Below, piece after piece: positions 1 through 9,963 of a stretch of DNA of 64,000 bases (position 1 is the first letter of the stretch; every line of letters begins with the position of its first letter). The notes under the pieces are model-generated. The model worked only from the letters and a program-made list of their open reading frames with translations. It did not search any database and had not been told where the DNA came from. The position numbers were made by a program, and so were the translations under genes. The stretch is from Chloroflexota bacterium (GTDB lineage Bacteria > Chloroflexota > Dehalococcoidia > UBA2247 > RBG-13-53-26). The stretch spans positions 23,263 to 87,262 of the forward strand of contig VGOM01000002.1 of NCBI GenBank assembly GCA_016875915.1. Direction: 5' to 3'.

Positions 1-724
1 TCTGCCGGGCCAGATCCGCGGTCACCCCGCCGGGCATGCAGTCCGACCCGTTGATGCGGCAGCTCACCGTGAAGTCCGCCCCCGCTCTCTCCTTGATGAG
101 ATGGACAATCTCCATGACGAAGCGAGCCCGGCCCTCTACACTGCCGCCGTACCTGTCACTCCGCCTGTTGGTGTGGGGCGAGAGGAAACCACTGAGCAGA
201 TAGCCGTGGCAGGCATGAAGCTCGACCATGTCGAAACCGGCCTCCCTGGCTCTCCGGGCCGCCGCCGCAAACTTCTCCACCAGGCCCTCGACCTCACCCG
301 CGGTCAGCTCTCGAGGGGCTTCCTCATTGGGGGAAAGGGGGACCGGCGAGGCCGCCACCGGCTGATAACCCTTGATCTCTCCGCCCTGCCGGCCGAGATG
401 CATCAACTGGATGCCCATGAGGGCCCCTTCGGAGTGCACCAGGTCGGTCAGCTGCCTCAGCGAAGGAATGAAACGGTCTTCGTAGATGCCCAACTGAATG
501 GGCGACGCCATGCTTATGTCCACAATACCCGGGGTCAGCACGATCAGGGCAACACCACCCCTGGCCCGGGCGGCATAGAAGTCCTTCACCCTGTCGCCGG
601 CCACGCCATCCACGGCCAGCCGGTCGATCATGGGGGGCATGATGATCCTGTTCTTCAGCTCGATCCTGCCCACCTTGATCGGAGTGAACAGCAACTGAAG
701 CGCCTTATCAGCCTTCGTCGACAT
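1..724 (-). CDS. NADH:flavin oxidoreductase, Old Yellow Enzyme family (N-terminal part; gene continues beyond window start)
   Basis: Hand translation of the minus strand from ATG at ~722-724 gives MSTKADKALQLLFTPIKVGRIELKNRIIMPPM...HACHGYLLSGFLSPHTNRRSDRYGGSVEGRARF. These are classic OYE/TIM-barrel FMN motifs. Not in the ORF track because it runs off the window edge. Confidence 0.75.
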   Translation of the reverse strand, partial: MSTKADKALQLLFTPIKVGRIELKNRIIMPPMIDRLAVDGVAGDRVKDFYAARARGGVALIVLTPGIVDISMASPIQLGIYEDRFIPSLRQLTDLVHSEGALMGIQLMHLGRQGGEIKGYQPVAASPVPLSPNEEAPRELTAGEVEGLVEKFAAAARRAREAGFDMVELHACHGYLLSGFLSPHTNRRSDRYGGSVEGRARFVMEIVHLIKERAGADFTVSCRINGSDCMPGGVTADLARQ

Positions 725-768
725 GCAGTTCCTCTCTTCGCGTTCTGGCCAAGGCCGACCCTTCAGTC

Positions 769-1431
769 TCACCGAGCCTGAAAGGCGGTCTGGAAGAAGT
801 CCGCCACCTTCCGGGCAACCTGTCCCTCGTATCCCCACCAGAAGTGGTCGGCGCCGGGGATGATCTCGCACCGGCTCGGTCCGGCCAGACCGCCGGCCAG
901 ACGCTGCACCTTGTGGCACGAGATGTGCTGGTCGGCACTGCCACAGAGCAGGAGCATAGGGATGGGGAGATTCCTGGCCCTCTCCCAGTCTTCGTCGGTG
1001 GCGAAGGGCGAGACCAGAGCGACCGCCCTGACCGACCCGTTCCGGAGGGCCACCGGCAGGGCCACCCGGGTCCCGAAGGAGTAGCCAGCCAGACCGATCC
1101 TGGCGGGGTCAACGCCCTTCAGAGATCTGAGGTGGTCCAGAGCGGCGACGACGTCGTCCTGCTCACCGATGCCCTCCGCATAGTCGCCCTCGCTACGGCC
1201 AACACCGCGGAAGTTGAAGCGCAGCGCGACGATCGATGCCTCTGCCAGATCTTCGCAGATGGAAACCACCACGCTGCTCTCCATATCGCCACCATGAAGA
1301 GGATGGGGATGGCACACCGCCACCGCCGGGTGAGGGGCCACACCGGCCGGCCAGTGGATCACGCCCTCGAGCCACAGATCAGCCGCGGCGAACCTGATCC
1401 GCTTTTGGCCTACTTCCTGCCCTTCCACCAT
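769..1431 (-). CDS. alpha/beta-fold hydrolase (dienelactone hydrolase-like)
   Basis: 220-aa ORF with HGG oxyanion-hole motif (HPLHGGDM), GYSFG nucleophile elbow (GxSxG) and a C-terminal His. True start may be internal. Confidence 0.6.
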   Translation of the reverse strand: MVEGQEVGQKRIRFAAADLWLEGVIHWPAGVAPHPAVAVCHPHPLHGGDMESSVVVSICEDLAEASIVALRFNFRGVGRSEGDYAEGIGEQDDVVAALDHLRSLKGVDPARIGLAGYSFGTRVALPVALRNGSVRAVALVSPFATDEDWERARNLPIPMLLLCGSADQHISCHKVQRLAGGLAGPSRCEIIPGADHFWWGYEGQVARKVADFFQTAFQAR

Positions 1432-2735
1432 TCCTTCATCCGCGCCTTGACCTCCGCCTCAAAGCCCAGGTCGCCCGGGGAATAGTAGCGCCTGTCCTTC
1501 AGGCTGTCGGGCATGTTCTGCTGCTCCACGAAGTGACCTTCATAGTCGTGGGCATACTTGTATCCATCCCCATATCCCACCTCCCGCATCAGAGAGGTCA
1601 CCGGATTTCGGAGATGCAGAGGCACTGGCGGGCTCCCGGTCCGCCTTATGTCATGTTGCACCTCGGAATAGGCCCGATACAGGGAGTTGCTCTTCGGCGC
1701 GGTGGCTAGATAGACCACCGCCTCGGCCAGGGCCAGATTGCCCTCGGGCATGCCCACGAAGTGCACCGCCTGCTGGGCCGCCACGGCCACTGTCAGAGCC
1801 TGCGGGTCGGCCAGGCCCACATCCTCGGAGGCGAAGCGGATCAGCCGTCGTACGATGTAGAGCGGGTCCTCGCCAGCTTCCAGCATCCGCCCCAGCCAGT
1901 ACAGCGAGGCGTCGGGGTCGGAACCCCGGAGCGACTTGTGCAAAGCGGAGATCAGATTGTAGTGCTCTTCGCCCGCCTTGTCGTACAGCAGCGACCGGCG
2001 CTGCATGGCCTCCTCGATGGTGGGCAGATCGACCGTCCTCTTCCCCTCCACATCGGGACGGGTGGACAGGGCGGCCAACTCCAGGGCATTGAGGGCGGTT
2101 CGTCCATCCCCATTGGACATGCCCACCAGGTGCTTCAGGGCACCGGCCTCCAGTTCCACCCTCAGGCGGGCCAGTCCCCTCTCCCCATCCGCCAGTGCCC
2201 CGTTCACAATGACCTCCAATTCTTCGTCGGACAGAGCACTGAGGGTGAACACCCGGCAGCGCGAAAGCAGTGGTGAGATGACCTCGAACGAGGGGTTCTC
2301 GGTGGTGGCTCCGATGAGGGTGATGGTGCCGTCCTCCACATAGGGCAGAACGGCGTCCTGCTGCGCCTTGTTGAAGCGGTGTATCTCGTCAATGAACAGA
2401 ATGGTCCGCTGCTGGTACAGGCCCCGCCTCTCCCTGGCTTCCTCAACCACGCGGCGCAGATCGGCCACGCCCGAACTCACCGCCGACAGCGGACTGTAGT
2501 GGGACTTCGTCAGGCTGGCCACGATGTAGGCCAGCGTGGTCTTGCCGCTCCCCGGTGGGCCCCACAGGATCATCGACGGCACCTGGTCGGCCTCGATGCT
2601 CTTCCTCAGCACCCGCCCCCTCCCGACTACGTGCTCCTGGCCCACGAACTCATCGAAGTTCCTGGGCCTCATCCTGGCCGCCAGCGGCGCTTCGCGCTCT
2701 CTCAGCTGTTCGCGACTCAGATCAAACAGGTCCAT
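1410..2735 (-). CDS. rarA: replication-associated recombination protein A (AAA+ ATPase RarA/MgsA)
   Basis: Walker A GPPGSGKTT, ILFIDEIHRFNK, the conserved RarA C-terminal helical domain and the sensor motifs. Start moved to the internal MDLFDL, which has a GGGGGAA RBS. Confidence 0.9.
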   Translation of the reverse strand: MDLFDLSREQLREREAPLAARMRPRNFDEFVGQEHVVGRGRVLRKSIEADQVPSMILWGPPGSGKTTLAYIVASLTKSHYSPLSAVSSGVADLRRVVEEARERRGLYQQRTILFIDEIHRFNKAQQDAVLPYVEDGTITLIGATTENPSFEVISPLLSRCRVFTLSALSDEELEVIVNGALADGERGLARLRVELEAGALKHLVGMSNGDGRTALNALELAALSTRPDVEGKRTVDLPTIEEAMQRRSLLYDKAGEEHYNLISALHKSLRGSDPDASLYWLGRMLEAGEDPLYIVRRLIRFASEDVGLADPQALTVAVAAQQAVHFVGMPEGNLALAEAVVYLATAPKSNSLYRAYSEVQHDIRRTGSPPVPLHLRNPVTSLMREVGYGDGYKYAHDYEGHFVEQQNMPDSLKDRRYYSPGDLGFEAEVKARMKEWWKGRK

Positions 2736-2834
2736 CGGGAATTCCCCCGGTGCTGCCGGCCCTGCGGCGGGACCGCAAGAGAACGTACCCTCCACGTTCT
2801 CTTGCCAGCATCTTACCGCAGGGATACGGCTTTG

Positions 2835-3668
2835 TCATCCGTCCGGACCCGCAGCCGGATGCCGCCGGCCGGTCTCCCTGATCCTGTCGATCTGTTCATT
2901 CACCCGGGCGAAGAGTGACCAGCGATCATCACGAAACAGGCGCCGCCTCTGCCGTTCCTCCGCCCAGTCGTCGATGGAGGACAGAACCAGCACCCGAACC
3001 ACCCCGTCCGCACCGGCCACCGGCACTCTCTCCAGAGGCGCGCCCAGCCTTCTCAGGCCATTCTCGAAGTCGGGATCGCGGGACGGATCGCAGGTCTGCC
3101 ACCCATCCAGATAGACCTCGCACTGCATGTGGTCCTGCTCATCAGGCACCCCGCCGAGCCTCCCGCCCAGATCCCGGTTCTGCTGTATCACCTGCTGCAA
3201 CAGCCTTCGCTCCGACCTGATCCTGAACACCCGGTACCTTGCCGGGATGAGCAGAACCCGCGACATGGCTACCAGAAGGTTGGCCTTGCCGCAGCACATA
3301 CCCCAGCCCTTTCGGAGGGTCTCCGAAGCCCTGACATCCCAGTCCTCCAGTCCATAGGGCAGCCCCCTGACGAACCGCTCGACCCGGTCGAATCTCTCGC
3401 TCAGACTGGAACAGCCACCGGTCAGCTGAAGGACTGACTCGGCTATCCTGCCGTCCCTATCGAAATCGCAGAGCCGCGTCGGTTGCAGGTAGTCCCTGTC
3501 CTCACTCAATGCCCTGCTCCCGGCACTTCGCTCTTCCGTCTGGGGACTCCCGTCCAAACGCGAAGCTGCCACCGCTATGGTACTCTGGGGAGGGCTGTCG
3601 GGGCGAGCGGCGAGAAGGAGAGGAAGATGGCAAGCGTTCCAGTCTCCCCGGCTCGGCCTCATCCCCAC
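2835..3668 (-). CDS. transglutaminase-like cysteine protease domain protein
   Basis: Core motif GWGMCCGKANLLVAMSRVLLIPARY (Cys nucleophile), followed by downstream His and Asp. The N-terminal 60-80 aa of the ORF are probably not translated (alternative start). Confidence 0.55.
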   Translation of the reverse strand: MGMRPSRGDWNACHLPLLLAARPDSPPQSTIAVAASRLDGSPQTEERSAGSRALSEDRDYLQPTRLCDFDRDGRIAESVLQLTGGCSSLSERFDRVERFVRGLPYGLEDWDVRASETLRKGWGMCCGKANLLVAMSRVLLIPARYRVFRIRSERRLLQQVIQQNRDLGGRLGGVPDEQDHMQCEVYLDGWQTCDPSRDPDFENGLRRLGAPLERVPVAGADGVVRVLVLSSIDDWAEERQRRRLFRDDRWSLFARVNEQIDRIRETGRRHPAAGPDG

Positions 3669-3677
3669 CCGGCAGGG

Positions 3678-4892
3678 TCAAGGGCGAGAGGACAGCGGGT
3701 TGACTCTCCCACAGTGAGGGCATCTGATGCTGCTGCCCCGGAGCTTCGGGGGCACCCTGAGCTTGGTGCCGCACTCGCAGTTCACCAGGCCGTAGTTGCT
3801 GTACTTCCAGAGCAGGTCGGACGTCTCCCTGGCCCGCTCCACCTTGCCGGGCTCGGCCGGCACGGCCTCGGCCTTCCGGGCGGCCACCGGTGTCTCGCCA
3901 ACGAGAGCAGAGGGGGGAATCACCCCCCTGCCGGAGCCCCTGACCTCCTGGTAGGCCTTCTCGTAGGCAGCCAGCGAAGCGCCCCCGGCCATGCTCCGCA
4001 GGATCCTGACCCTCTCCGATATCGGTGGATGGGTGCTGGTCAGATCGCTGGCCGCCCTCCCTTTGCTTCGGAAGGGATTGATGATGTACATCGGGGCGAA
4101 GGCCTGATTGGCCGTCTTCAGTTCCTGGGTCGATCCGGCGATCTTCTCCAGCGCCGAGGCCAGTCCCTCGGGGTATCTGGTGTAGAGAGCGCCCGACGCA
4201 TCGGCCAAGTACTCCCTCTTCCTGGAGATGGCATAGTAGATCAGTTGGGCGGCGATGGGCGCCAAGATCATCAGCAGGATAGCTACGGCCACGATGATCA
4301 GGGTTGCGTAGCCGCCTCCACCTCCGGAGCTTCTCCTGCCCCCGCGGGCCCCGCCGAAGAGCATCATCCTGGAGCCGAACCAAGCCAGGATGACAATAGT
4401 ACCCAGCAGGACACTGCAGAACGTCATCAAGAGCACATCCCGGTTCTTGATGTGGGATATCTCGTGAGCCATGACGCCCTGCAGTTCATCCCTGTTCAGT
4501 CTCTCCAGCAGGCCCGAGGTGATGGCCACCGACGCCCGGCTGGGATCACGGCCAACGGCGAAGGCGTTCGGCGAGGGATCGTCGATGATGTAGATGTCCG
4601 GTATCTTGGGCAGCCCCGAAGCGATCTTCATTTCCTCGACCACGTTGTAGAGACGGGGGTGATCGTCAGGGCTGATCTTCCTGGCCCGGGATATGGCCAG
4701 TATCATGCTGTCTCCCTGGAAGTAGGCGAACAGATTCATGACCACCCATATCAGGATGGCCACCACCAGACCGCCGATGCCGCTCCCGAAGATGGCCTCG
4801 CCCAGAAAGTAGCCCACCAGCAGGAGCAGCAGCCCCATGGCCACCACCAGAACCAAGGTCCGGGTCTGGTTAGACCTGATCTGTTCCCACAT
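3678..4892 (-). CDS. HtpX-like M48 zinc metalloprotease with C-terminal zinc-ribbon
   Basis: N-terminal TM helices, HEISH zinc-binding motif, a second TM pair, and a C-terminal CxCG...CPHCG ribbon. Confidence 0.85.
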   Translation of the reverse strand: MWEQIRSNQTRTLVLVVAMGLLLLLVGYFLGEAIFGSGIGGLVVAILIWVVMNLFAYFQGDSMILAISRARKISPDDHPRLYNVVEEMKIASGLPKIPDIYIIDDPSPNAFAVGRDPSRASVAITSGLLERLNRDELQGVMAHEISHIKNRDVLLMTFCSVLLGTIVILAWFGSRMMLFGGARGGRRSSGGGGGYATLIIVAVAILLMILAPIAAQLIYYAISRKREYLADASGALYTRYPEGLASALEKIAGSTQELKTANQAFAPMYIINPFRSKGRAASDLTSTHPPISERVRILRSMAGGASLAAYEKAYQEVRGSGRGVIPPSALVGETPVAARKAEAVPAEPGKVERARETSDLLWKYSNYGLVNCECGTKLRVPPKLRGSSIRCPHCGRVNPLSSRP

Positions 4893-4909
4893 CGCCGGAT
4901 GTCTTCAAA

Positions 4910-5485
4910 CTAGCCGAAACTGACCTTGGGGGCTTCCCTTTCCGCAGCCGCCGTGACCTCGAAGAACTCGCCGGTCTTGAAGCCGAACATGCCGGCGATG
5001 ATGTTCGAAGGCACCATCTGGGTCTTGTTGTTGTAGGTCAGCACCGAGTCGTTGTAGTACTGCCGGGAGAAGCTGATCTTGTTCTCCGTGGAGGTCAGCT
5101 CTTCCTGAAGGGCCATGAAGTTCTGGTTGGCCTTCAGGTCGGGGTAGTTCTCCACCACCGCCAGCAGCCTGGACAGCGCGCTGCTCAGCTCACCCTCCGC
5201 CTTGGCCTGGGCTCCCACGCCTGTCCCGATAGCCTTCTGGGCCAGGTTGCGGGCGCTAGTCACCGCCTCCAGGGTCTCCCGCTCGTGCTTCATGTAGCCC
5301 TTGACCGTCTCCATGAGGTTGGGGATCAGGTCATGCCTTCTCTTGAGCTGCACGTCGATCTGCGCCCAGGCGTTCTTCACCTGGTTGCGCAGTCTCACCA
5401 GTCCGTTGTAGGTCATCCAGATGAAGCCGATGACAAGGAACAGGACCGCCAGAACCACGATAAGCACAATGATTCCAATGCCCAC
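4910..5485 (-). CDS. LemA family membrane protein
   Basis: N-terminal TM helix followed by the typical LemA sequence (YNGLVRLRNQVKNAWAQIDVQLKRRHDLIPNL...). It sits 17 nt upstream of the HtpX-like gene, which is the usual LemA-HtpX pairing. Confidence 0.85.
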   Translation of the reverse strand: MGIGIIVLIVVLAVLFLVIGFIWMTYNGLVRLRNQVKNAWAQIDVQLKRRHDLIPNLMETVKGYMKHERETLEAVTSARNLAQKAIGTGVGAQAKAEGELSSALSRLLAVVENYPDLKANQNFMALQEELTSTENKISFSRQYYNDSVLTYNNKTQMVPSNIIAGMFGFKTGEFFEVTAAAEREAPKVSFG

Positions 5486-5509
5486 GAATCACCTCCTCAG
5501 AGTATTCCG

Positions 5510-5926
5510 CTATCCTCTGACATGAAAGACCTCCCCCAGGAAGTCAATCACCCTTCCCTGCTCGTCCGCCGCTGCGCCCTTGTCCTTCAGCTGTCCCAGC
5601 ACCTGTCCCACCTCCCCACCATCGAACCACAGCCCATCCCCTCGGGTGCAAACATCCACCAGCACCTCCGGCGCACTGCCCAGGGTCACCTTCTTCATCT
5701 TCTTCCGGCATATGGGGCAACCCCTGGCCTTCTCGGCCGCCTTCTTCTCCGGCAGGGCGGCTATCTGGTTCACATCCAGCGCCGCGCCCCGGAGATCCAA
5801 GCGCTCTGCAAGCAGAGACAACTCTCCGGCATCGAACCAGACGCCGTAGCACTTGGTGCAGTAGTCCAGCTCAATCCTCTGGTACTCCACCACGACCACC
5901 ACACCCTTGCATGCAGGACAGTCCAC
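5510..5926 (-). CDS. double zinc-ribbon (zf-TFIIB-like) domain protein
   Basis: Two CPxC...C(T/P)xC modules (CPACKG...CTKCYGVWFD and CPICRK...CTRGDGLWFD). First gene of the Zn-ribbon / LemA / HtpX operon. Confidence 0.6.
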   Translation of the reverse strand: MDCPACKGVVVVVEYQRIELDYCTKCYGVWFDAGELSLLAERLDLRGAALDVNQIAALPEKKAAEKARGCPICRKKMKKVTLGSAPEVLVDVCTRGDGLWFDGGEVGQVLGQLKDKGAAADEQGRVIDFLGEVFHVRG

Positions 5927-6074
5927 CGTCTTCTCCCTCAGGCCCCGGGAATCAGCCCTTCCTTTGACATGGAAGTATAGAACAGTCCACGGATTAGGGC
6001 AATACGGGCGTCAGGCACAATCCAGCCATCATCCCCAGCGGCCGGCCAGGCTCGCCCCGAAGGCAGATCACCCC

Positions 6075-8462
6075 TCACCTCTCGGTCTCCACCCAGAGCC
6101 TCTCCCCATCGGTGATGAAGCTCACTGTCCCGTTCATGTCGGTGCGATAGATCTCCGCCTCCCCCAATCTGGCCACCGTGGCCCCATCAGGGTGACCGAA
6201 ACCGTTGTCTTCGCCCACCGAGACGACCGCTATCTCCGGCTCGACTGCGGACAGCAATCGAGCGGACGTTGAACCGGCGCTGCCGTGATGGGGCACCTTG
6301 AGCACGGTGCAGTTCAGTTCCTGCCACTGATCGGCACCGAGGATGGCCGTCTCCGCCTCTCGATCGATATCGCCTGTGAAGAGGAAGCTCACCCCTCCCA
6401 AGACAAGCCTCAGCACCAGCGAGTTGTTGTTGGCGTCCGAGTCTGTGCCCTGGAGCATCTCCTCCTGGGGGTGGATGACGTCGATGGTGATGCCGCCGCC
6501 CAGATCGATCCGCTGCCCTGCTTCAGCCACGGCGCGCTCTATGCTCCTCTCCTCGATTGCCTCCAGCCAGGCCTCATAGGCAGGCGTGCTTTCCGCCAGA
6601 CCGGACTCCAGCACCAGGTCAACCCGGTACCGATGGAGCACCTCCACCAGTCCCGTGATGTGATCATCGTGGCCATGGCTGAGCACCACCAGATCCAGGC
6701 TCCTGTCCCAGAAGGGCAGCTTCTCCCCCAGTTCCTGACAGACCCTGTCGCCGTCCGGGCCGCCGTCGATGAGGATCTGCTGACCCGCCGGCGTCTCGAT
6801 GAGAACCGCGTCTCCCTGGCCGGTATCGAGGAAACTGACCCGCAGCCGCTCATCGGGCATGGCCAGAACGGCTATCCAGACCAGAGCCGTGCAGACCACA
6901 AGCACTGCCAGTGAGAGCCTCACGGCAAGACGAGAGTTGAGCCAACTCGACCCGGCCAGCCATGACGCGCACCTACGTGCATACCCGGACAGTCCCGAGA
7001 TGGCTATGCCTAGCTGCCTCCTGAGCACCAGTCCCCCGACCAACGCATAATACACCCAGATGAACGCCCAGTGCACCGGCCCAATCGGCAGGGACGCCGC
7101 CTCCACCGAGCCGAAGGCACCGACTACCTCAATGATACAGGTGAGGAAGAGCCAGGCGGCCCAGCCTACAACTGCAGCTACCGCGGGGGCGAAGAGTCCC
7201 AGCACGGCTGTGGCGGCCGCCAGCAGGAGCGCGCCAGGCAGAAACAGGGAAACGACGACCGTGGCTGGCAGGGCGAACAGGGAGAGATCCCCGAAGTAGT
7301 ACAGAGTCAGCGGCAGGGTAGCACCGATAGCCGCCAGGCCTAGGGCAGTGCCATCGATGACCGTCCTCACGACTGCCGCCCCGGCATGGGAACCACCGGA
7401 GGTGATCCTCGCACCCCACCGCTGAAAGACGGGGAAGAAGAGGATCAGCCCCGCCACCGCAGCGAAGCTCAACTGAAAGGACACGTCCCACAGCACCGCC
7501 GGATTGACGCCCGCCATCACCGCAGCCGCCAAGGCCAGCGAAGGCAGGGCTGTGCCCGGCCTTCCCAGCCACAGGGATGCCAGATACGTGCTGAACATGA
7601 TGGCCGCCCGGAGCACCGGCGGCTGCATTCCGGTCAGGGAAGCGTAGAGCCACACGCCGGCGAGGGCCAGGAACAGGTACGTGGGACGGCGCCTGCCCAA
7701 GGCCCACGCTCCGCCAACCAGGAGCATCCCTCCGAAGATGGCTACATTGAATCCCGAAATGGCCAGCAAGTGGGCCGTCCCCGTCTGATAGAAGCCGTTC
7801 TGAAGCGACTGGGGGATGTGGCTCCGGATGCCAAGGAGGAGCGCCCCGGCCAGCGATGCCTGTGGTTCAGACAGAGCGGACGCCAGCGACTGAGCCAGCC
7901 GCTGCCTCACCTCGAAGAGCCAGCCCTGGCCCAGCGAAACCACCTCTTCGGGGCGGGTCAGAAGCGAACAGAAGCCCTGACGGTCGAGATGGACGGCATA
8001 CTCGACGTCTTCGATGCCGGATAGCGATGTGAGCTCTCCTCTGACCTCCAGCCGCTGGCCCAGGCTGCAGGCGGGTAGGGCTGCCGTCTTGATGAGCACT
8101 TTGCCCGAGACCCCTGTCCATCGGTCGTCGGCCCATACCCGCTCGGCCGCCAGGGTGATCCTGGCCAGGCCGTCGTCGACCTCGGGGTCCCTGACCACCT
8201 CTCCTCTGACCGTCACCACCCCACGGTTGTTGAACACCTCGAGCGTCGATTCGGTGGCCCTCCACTGGTACCAGCCGATGCCGCCAAGGAGGACGATGAG
8301 GCACAGCCCTCCCCAGAGAGCAGCGGTCCGCCCCCGCCAAGCCAGCAGAGCCAGCAGAGGGATGGGGCATAGCGAAAGCAGGACGAGCCAGAGCGGCGAT
8401 AGAGACAGCGAGCCCAGATAGATGCCCAGAATCCAGGCACAACCGAGCGATACTAGCTTCAC
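6075..8462 (-). CDS. comEC: DNA internalization competence protein ComEC/Rec2
   Basis: 795 aa with a polytopic competence domain plus a C-terminal metallo-beta-lactamase domain (VLSHGHDDH). Confidence 0.9.
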   Translation of the reverse strand: MKLVSLGCAWILGIYLGSLSLSPLWLVLLSLCPIPLLALLAWRGRTAALWGGLCLIVLLGGIGWYQWRATESTLEVFNNRGVVTVRGEVVRDPEVDDGLARITLAAERVWADDRWTGVSGKVLIKTAALPACSLGQRLEVRGELTSLSGIEDVEYAVHLDRQGFCSLLTRPEEVVSLGQGWLFEVRQRLAQSLASALSEPQASLAGALLLGIRSHIPQSLQNGFYQTGTAHLLAISGFNVAIFGGMLLVGGAWALGRRRPTYLFLALAGVWLYASLTGMQPPVLRAAIMFSTYLASLWLGRPGTALPSLALAAAVMAGVNPAVLWDVSFQLSFAAVAGLILFFPVFQRWGARITSGGSHAGAAVVRTVIDGTALGLAAIGATLPLTLYYFGDLSLFALPATVVVSLFLPGALLLAAATAVLGLFAPAVAAVVGWAAWLFLTCIIEVVGAFGSVEAASLPIGPVHWAFIWVYYALVGGLVLRRQLGIAISGLSGYARRCASWLAGSSWLNSRLAVRLSLAVLVVCTALVWIAVLAMPDERLRVSFLDTGQGDAVLIETPAGQQILIDGGPDGDRVCQELGEKLPFWDRSLDLVVLSHGHDDHITGLVEVLHRYRVDLVLESGLAESTPAYEAWLEAIEERSIERAVAEAGQRIDLGGGITIDVIHPQEEMLQGTDSDANNNSLVLRLVLGGVSFLFTGDIDREAETAILGADQWQELNCTVLKVPHHGSAGSTSARLLSAVEPEIAVVSVGEDNGFGHPDGATVARLGEAEIYRTDMNGTVSFITDGERLWVETER

Positions 8463-8559
8463 CTGACGAATCCCCCAGGCTGCAGCAGAGGTCTTCGGCC
8501 GGCCGTCTCACCCGGTCGCCTGCCCTCACCGGCCAGCCAGCCGATCTGTGTTCGTGGGC

Positions 8560-9093
8560 CTAGTCCACCAGACTGATCTGGTCTCTGATCTCTTCCAGGG
8601 TCTGGGGCCCTATGCCCGGGACATTGAGAAGCTCATCGACGGTTCGGAACAGCACGTGTTCATTCCGGTAGTCCACAATGGCCTGAGCCTTCACCGGGCC
8701 GATGCCGTTTAGTGTCTCCAGTTCCTCCATCGTCGCGGTGTTGACATTGACCCTCTTCCCGACATCGGCTGGGCCAAACGGATCTTCGCCGGCATGAAGG
8801 ACATAGAGCTTGAGGCCAATTGGCTCCCCGGCGTCGGTGAGCCCACCGGCCCTCTCCAGGACGGCTTCCAGAGTGGTGTCCAAGCTGAAGGCGTAGATGC
8901 CTTCGCTGGCCAAGGCTCCGCTGAGGTAGATGTCGACCGGCGAAGCAGGCGGGGACGAACTGACCTCGATCTCAAGGGGCTTGGGGCGAGAGCTATGCTT
9001 GTAGGCCAGCACCGCGCCGCCGGCCACAAGGGCAACCATCAGGACGCCCAGCGCCAGCAGCCACCATTTCTGGTGGCTCCCGCTCTGGCTCAT
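8560..9093 (-). CDS. comEA: competence protein ComEA (helix-hairpin-helix DNA-binding)
   Basis: N-terminal TM helix, SLBB-like middle region, and a C-terminal tandem HhH motif (VNVNTATMEELETLNGIGPVKAQAIVDYR). Confidence 0.85.
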   Translation of the reverse strand: MSQSGSHQKWWLLALGVLMVALVAGGAVLAYKHSSRPKPLEIEVSSSPPASPVDIYLSGALASEGIYAFSLDTTLEAVLERAGGLTDAGEPIGLKLYVLHAGEDPFGPADVGKRVNVNTATMEELETLNGIGPVKAQAIVDYRNEHVLFRTVDELLNVPGIGPQTLEEIRDQISLVD

Positions 9094-9797
9094 CCAGCGG
9101 CATCCGCCTCGAGGACTATCCTGGCGTCAACAGCCACGGCCCCGTCCTTGTAGGCAAATACCGGATTGAGGTCGAGCTCCTTGATGACCGGATTCCGTTC
9201 CACGAAATCGGAGACCTTCAGAATCATATCCTCCAGAGCACCGACATCCGAGGGAGGCTGGCCCCGGTAGCCTTCGAGCACGGGATAGCCCTTGATGTCG
9301 CGGATCATCTCTCTGGCGTCCTTCCTCAGCAGAGGGACTATGCGGAAGGATACGTCCTTGAGGATCTCCACCAGTATGCCCCCCAGGCCGAACATGATCA
9401 CCGGCCCGAACTGGGCGTCCTTGGTCATGCCAATGATGGTCTCCACCCCTGGCTTGGCCATGGCCTGAACCGAAACACCGTGCACCGTGGCCTTGGGCTC
9501 CTTCTCCTTCACAGCGGCCATGATCTCCCGGTAGGCCTTGCTCACCTGGCTGGCGTTGCCAAGCCCCACCTTCACTCCGCCGATATCGCTCTTGTGAACT
9601 ATGTCCGGCGAGGCGACCTTGAGAACCACCGGGAAGCCCACTTCCCTGGCTATGGACGCGGCCTCCTTCATCGACCGGGCCAGTCTGGCCCTGATCACGT
9701 TTATGCCTGCTTCCTCAAGAACCTGCTTCGACTCGACCTCGGTGAGAAGGACCCTCTTCTCGCGTCTGGCGGCATCGACAGTAGCCTGAATACCCAT
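9090..9797 (-). CDS. ATP-grasp domain protein, similar to the ADP-forming acetyl-CoA synthetase beta subunit
   Basis: 235 aa consisting of an ATP-grasp_5-type domain only (EVESKQVLEEAGINV...GFPVVLK). Its stop overlaps the comEA start by 4 nt. Confidence 0.7.
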   Translation of the reverse strand: MGIQATVDAARREKRVLLTEVESKQVLEEAGINVIRARLARSMKEAASIAREVGFPVVLKVASPDIVHKSDIGGVKVGLGNASQVSKAYREIMAAVKEKEPKATVHGVSVQAMAKPGVETIIGMTKDAQFGPVIMFGLGGILVEILKDVSFRIVPLLRKDAREMIRDIKGYPVLEGYRGQPPSDVGALEDMILKVSDFVERNPVIKELDLNPVFAYKDGAVAVDARIVLEADAAG

Positions 9798-9892
9798 TCG
9801 CTTCTCCTCTTCTCCGCTTCGCGTGTCCCGGACAAGAATCGCCGAAGGCTATTATACGAACAGGACCTCTGCGGGGGCAAGTTGAAGGTCAG

Positions 9893-9935
9893 CGGAAAAA
9901 GGAGACTGGTACCCCCAACCAAGCGGAGGTACCAG
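9893..9935 (-). terminator. putative intrinsic terminator downstream of mvhA
   Basis: Minus-strand hairpin CUGGUACC...GGUACCAG followed by UCUCCUUUUUCC, about 30 nt after the mvhA stop. Confidence 0.45.
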
Positions 9936-9963
9936 TTATGCGCGACGCGTAAACGGCAGGAGT

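Noticed and set aside
101-781. 226-aa plus-strand ORF at the window start
   Set aside because: It is the antisense shadow of the minus-strand OYE-family flavin oxidoreductase gene. It has no recognisable domain and a His/Pro/Arg-rich composition typical of GC-rich frame artefacts.
3483-4913. 476-aa plus-strand ORF
   Set aside because: It fully overlaps the well-supported HtpX-like protease gene on the opposite strand. It has no domain signature and a Gly/Pro/Arg-rich composition, so it is a shadow ORF.
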